This document shows positions 23,814-24,000 of a DNA stretch of 24,000 nucleotides, piece after piece. The translations under genes and the position numbers were made by a program. Below the pieces are notes generated by a model. The model was not told where the DNA came from. It saw only the letters and a program-made list of their open reading frames with translations, and made no database searches. How positions within the stretch are numbered: the first letter of the stretch is position 1; the number at the start of each line of letters is the position of its first letter. Source of the stretch: Acinetobacter phage KARL-1; sequence record MH713599.1, one strand, 5' to 3'.

Positions 23814-24000
23814 TTAAAATGTTCCATAATCTAGAATTACGCCCCGTTGAACAACTTGCCCTAATTGAGGAACTTGGTTTGACGCAGTAGCAACCTTTGA
23901 TGAAATAAAGTTTGGAGCAGTTAATGGGCCTACCATTGTATCGCCATTAGGATTTGTCTTAGAAACTTTACTATTTGCGTTATCTGTAACGGTATTTATT
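23814..24000 (-). CDS. 36: C-terminal part of tail fibre hinge/connector protein (T4 gp36-like), 5' end outside window
   Basis: Minus strand reads NTVTDNANSKVSKTNPNGDTMVGPLTAPNFISSKVATASNQVPQLGQVVQRGVILDYGTF*, parallel to the C-terminus of T4 gp36. Confidence 0.88.
   Translation of the reverse strand, partial: INTVTDNANSKVSKTNPNGDTMVGPLTAPNFISSKVATASNQVPQLGQVVQRGVILDYGTF

Noticed and set aside
1-24000. CRISPR array, tRNA genes, transposase or integrase
   Set aside because: No regularly spaced direct repeats, no tRNA cloverleaf-like sequence noticed, and no transposase/integrase motifs in the supplied ORFs; the only mobile-element signal is the HNH ORF.

Overview
The window is a segment of a T4-like (Tevenvirinae-type) myovirus genome, probably from a non-enterobacterial host. 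Recognisable genes are a Dda-type helicase C-terminus, dexA, a GH24 endolysin, topoisomerase gene 39, a split/bypassed gene 60, RNA ligase 2, an SMR-type transporter, a lipoprotein plus a YgiC/glutathionylspermidine-synthase-like protein, rIIA, rIIB, gene 52, motA and asiA. On the minus strand are holin t, gene 37 and the 3' end of gene 36. The strongest find is at 5711-6233. The topoisomerase C-terminal subunit gene (T4 gene 60 homologue) is interrupted by a 43-nt non-coding gap, 5843-5885. The gap starts with an in-frame TAG directly after an Asp GAU codon. A 9-bp hairpin with a UUCG loop covers the take-off codon. The gap ends with GAG-N6-GAC, where GAC is a synonymous Asp landing codon, and the frame then resumes to read GTGSIYPSLLAFFSNWPEL. 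This has the architecture of the T4 gene 60 translational bypass element, but with a different gap length and Asp (GAU/GAC) instead of Gly (GGA/GGA) anchor codons. It lies inside the TOPRIM DxD motif and downstream of an HNH endonuclease ORF that splits gene 39 from gene 60, so the two may form a mobile cassette. Regulatory findings include a near-textbook MotA/AsiA middle promoter before gene 39 and a weaker one before gene 52, both overlapping hairpins, plus a family of 17-bp-spacer early promoters, several nested with hairpins. There is also a palindromic pair of divergent late promoters (TATTTATAAATA).
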